From: Zygophlyctis sp. KS116
Lineage: Eukaryota > Fungi > Chytridiomycota
Assembly (NCBI GenBank): GCA_054661495.1
Contig: BAAFSQ010000365.1
Coordinates: forward strand, 1-8,792
DNA: 8,792 nucleotides
Direction of reading: 5' to 3'
Position numbers and translations under genes: made by a program. The notes beneath the pieces are model-generated. The model did no database searches, was not told the DNA's origin, and worked only from the letters and a program-made list of their open reading frames with translations. Positions 6,443 to 8,792 of this stretch are shown here, piece by piece (the stretch's first letter is position 1; every line of letters begins with the position of its first letter).

Positions 6443-8266
6443 CTACTCTTGATAATAATTCACTTCAAGATTTTCGTCATAACTCCATGCCAATAATAAA
6501 CCATCACATGTCCGAAAGAAAATATTGTATCCTGTTCGTTCAACTTTTATCAATTTTGGAACAAATTTAAAGAAAACTTCTGCCCATTGATGATAAGTCA
6601 TCATTCTAAGACAGCAATCCATGACATTGATGGGGTTGTCAATGGGGGGCTTCAAAAGCATATCAGATACCCCATTTACAATGTATTGTAAGTCAACAGC
6701 ATCTCGAGATTTTTCCATAAACTCTTTCATATGTTCACCAACTGCCATTGTGATACAGGAATTTTGAGAAACGTTTGTCACCCAATTCATTGAATATCCA
6801 AGGTGGATCGTATTAGATGGAGCTGAACATAATTTTGCCAATTTGTGGAAATCAGATATTTTCATATAATCTAAACAATTATTCCATGATACCCAATCTG
6901 GATTTTCTGCACTAATTTCTTTTATTACCTTCTTGTTTTCAAGAGACACGTATGTTGGCTGTTGAATAATAATTGATATTTTTTCATTCCGTACAAGTTT
7001 ATTCAGCTTTCCAATGGCCTCTTTTAGTAACGAAATAGCGCCTAGTACAAAATCTCCAGATTTCAATTTCGTTTCGCTAAATAGATCCTTTTGAGGAATG
7101 GATTGAAATATACTTTCATTTCTAGAACGATCAGACTTCCATTTTCCCTTTAATTGAAACATAACAACACTTCCCACTGAAGCCTCCAACAATTGTCCAG
7201 TTAAAAAATAATATACCAAAGAACATCTCGATTTTGTCGTACAGTTGCTGGCAGGAGTTAGAATCGATGAATCGATTTTATTGATCCACTCGCGACGAGC
7301 CGTTTCAATAGATGGAGCTTCCGAATCTCTCCAATTTGTCAATATCTCTAAAACACCAACATTCTTGCAATTAGAAATAACTTCATCAAGAGATGCATAA
7401 AAATACTTCAAAGTTGACTCACTCCAACATGAAGAATACCAAACCTGTAAAATAGCATCAACGATACATTCATCATTTCTTTTTAGCATAGATTGTATAA
7501 CAAGAGTTTTGGCAACATTAAAAGCACATGCTTCATACCCAATGAATCTAAAAGGACCTAGATCCTCCTCAAAGAAAATACCATGAAGAAGACTAGATAA
7601 ATCCACAAATCCAATTGAAATAAGAGTTTGACCTGATCTGAATGGCTCCCTATTGGAAATAAAATTCGAGAAAGAGTGAAAAACACCACCATACTGCATA
7701 CTAGGCCTTTCCTGATATACATCATAACGCGGAGCACTTAAGTACCAGTGCATTTTCTTTTCATCAGTAGAATTGGTTAATTTAACCAGAGTATGTGGAT
7801 CTTTAAGCATAGGATTCTTATTTTCTGATTGAACAGCCTTATAGAATACTATCTCCTGAATAAAGAGCGCTTTGCATTGAGCCGTTTCTTCTTTGAGAAG
7901 ATGGAAAGCCCTTTCTTCAGTAATATCCTGTAATTTATGCGTCTTCATATAATTTTGAAATTCAGCATTTAGATCAGGGGCTCTATTATAAATTGCCAAT
8001 AAATCTAAAATCTCTGAAGCTCCTCTCTTTGATTTCGAACCACATAATAAGTTTTTAGTTGACCGATTTAAAAATTCCAGTTTGGAGAGGGGAGCCGATC
8101 GACTCTGACGACTCTCATGCATCAAATCTTCTGCCGATTTACCACATACTTGCCGATGAATTTTCCAATCCTCTGTCTGACAGAACTTACTACAATAGTA
8201 AACATTCAGGCACTTTCCACATTTACTTTGAGCATTGAGAGAATGGCATTGATTACACTCTTTCAT
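6443..8266 (-). CDS. MYND-type zinc finger protein with a large uncharacterised C-terminal domain, ~607 aa, intronless
   Basis: Long ORF with MYND pattern CNQC...KCGKC..VYYCSKFCQTEDWKIHRQVC right after ATG 8266 (caaaATG context). The track start at 8341 is TTG; an alternative ATG lies at 8287. Confidence 0.88.
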   Translation of the reverse strand: MKECNQCHSLNAQSKCGKCLNVYYCSKFCQTEDWKIHRQVCGKSAEDLMHESRQSRSAPLSKLEFLNRSTKNLLCGSKSKRGASEILDLLAIYNRAPDLNAEFQNYMKTHKLQDITEERAFHLLKEETAQCKALFIQEIVFYKAVQSENKNPMLKDPHTLVKLTNSTDEKKMHWYLSAPRYDVYQERPSMQYGGVFHSFSNFISNREPFRSGQTLISIGFVDLSSLLHGIFFEEDLGPFRFIGYEACAFNVAKTLVIQSMLKRNDECIVDAILQVWYSSCWSESTLKYFYASLDEVISNCKNVGVLEILTNWRDSEAPSIETARREWINKIDSSILTPASNCTTKSRCSLVYYFLTGQLLEASVGSVVMFQLKGKWKSDRSRNESIFQSIPQKDLFSETKLKSGDFVLGAISLLKEAIGKLNKLVRNEKISIIIQQPTYVSLENKKVIKEISAENPDWVSWNNCLDYMKISDFHKLAKLCSAPSNTIHLGYSMNWVTNVSQNSCITMAVGEHMKEFMEKSRDAVDLQYIVNGVSDMLLKPPIDNPINVMDCCLRMMTYHQWAEVFFKFVPKLIKVERTGYNIFFRTCDGLLLAWSYDENLEVNYYQE

Positions 8267-8620
8267 TTTGAATTGTAAAATATTCATTCCATTTTTCTTA
8301 TTAACTGTACATTTATTGTCTGGCAAATGTCTAATTGTCAATTATTGTCTTAAGGAGTGATAATTTGGCTGCCCAGCCATCTCAGTGCAGTAAGTAAATT
8401 ACGGACTGTATTTTAGTGTTCTTTTTTGTGGCCCATTCGCCATAGAACACGCTCTTTCAAAATGTAGATTTTGTACGGATCGCTCTCGATGTGGATTCCA
8501 TTGCAGCCAATAATCATACCAATGCAGAAATAGGAATGGATTCCTTTCAAGCAAATGCACACATATTTGTGTAAGTACATTGATAAAACAATTAAAAATA
8601 TTCACTACTGTTACAACAGT

Positions 8621-8632
8621 AAAAAACAAAAA
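8621..8632 (-). terminator. RNA polymerase III oligo-T terminator of tRNA-Asn
   Basis: TTTTTGTTTTTT on the minus strand, 3 nt beyond the tRNA 3' end. Confidence 0.8.
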
Positions 8633-8635
8633 GAA

Positions 8636-8709
8636 CGCTTCGTAGAAGGATTGAACTTCTGACCTCTCGATTAACAGTCGAACGCTCTAACCAGCTGAGC
8701 TAACAAAGC
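8636..8709 (-). tRNA. trnN-GTT: tRNA-Asn (anticodon GTT), 74 nt, no intron, no encoded CCA
   Basis: Minus strand folds into a cloverleaf: acceptor GCTTTGT/ACGAAGC, D stem GCTC/GAGC, anticodon stem TTCGA/TCGAG with loop CT-GTT-AA, T arm AGAAG-TTCAATC-CTTCT, discriminator G. Confidence 0.97.
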
Positions 8710-8792
8710 ACGAATTGTTAAATCACGACTTTCAGATAAACGCGATGTATTGTTTGTAGTCTTCGATCCGATCGATCTATCTTATCTCTTGC

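Noticed and set aside
6265-6570. Short ORFs between RBM39 and the MYND gene (6287..6496+, 6328..6570+, and a 44-aa minus frame MMKFIECDAL...)
   Set aside because: No recognisable motif. The + ORFs overlap the MYND 3' end, and no in-range intron links the minus frame to the MYND gene.
8267-8341. N-terminal extension of the MYND ORF from TTG 8341
   Set aside because: It is a non-ATG start in a eukaryote; ATG 8266 (or 8287) directly precedes the zinc finger.
8606-8621. Short inverted repeat TACTGT-TACA-ACAGTA beyond the tRNA terminator
   Set aside because: Only a 6-7-bp AT-rich stem; Pol III termination needs no hairpin.
1-8792. CRISPR arrays, prokaryotic operons or defence systems, intact transposons
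   Set aside because: No repeat-spacer array, terminal repeats, transposase or integrase seen; gene content and introns are eukaryotic.

Overview
AT-rich, extremely compact eukaryotic genomic DNA using the standard genetic code (TAA, TAG and TGA all serve as stops). The fragmented ORF track is explained by 13 tiny GT-AG introns of 24-29 nt, which I spliced by hand into continuous frames. The + strand carries five tandem genes: a signal-peptide protein with a C-terminal membrane hairpin, a small multi-pass membrane protein, a coiled-coil protein, the axonemal TPR protein TTC29, and the splicing factor RBM39/Rsd1. The - strand carries an intronless MYND-finger protein and tRNA-Asn(GTT). Co-oriented genes are separated by only 52, 23, 28 and 128 nt, and the three shortest spacers each hold a CGCG motif just before the ATG. 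A flagellar gene plus an opisthokont/fungal-style RBM39 suggests a zoosporic fungus (chytrid-like) or relative; this is inference only. The notable biology here is genome architecture (mini-introns, near-absent intergenic DNA), not an operon-like system.
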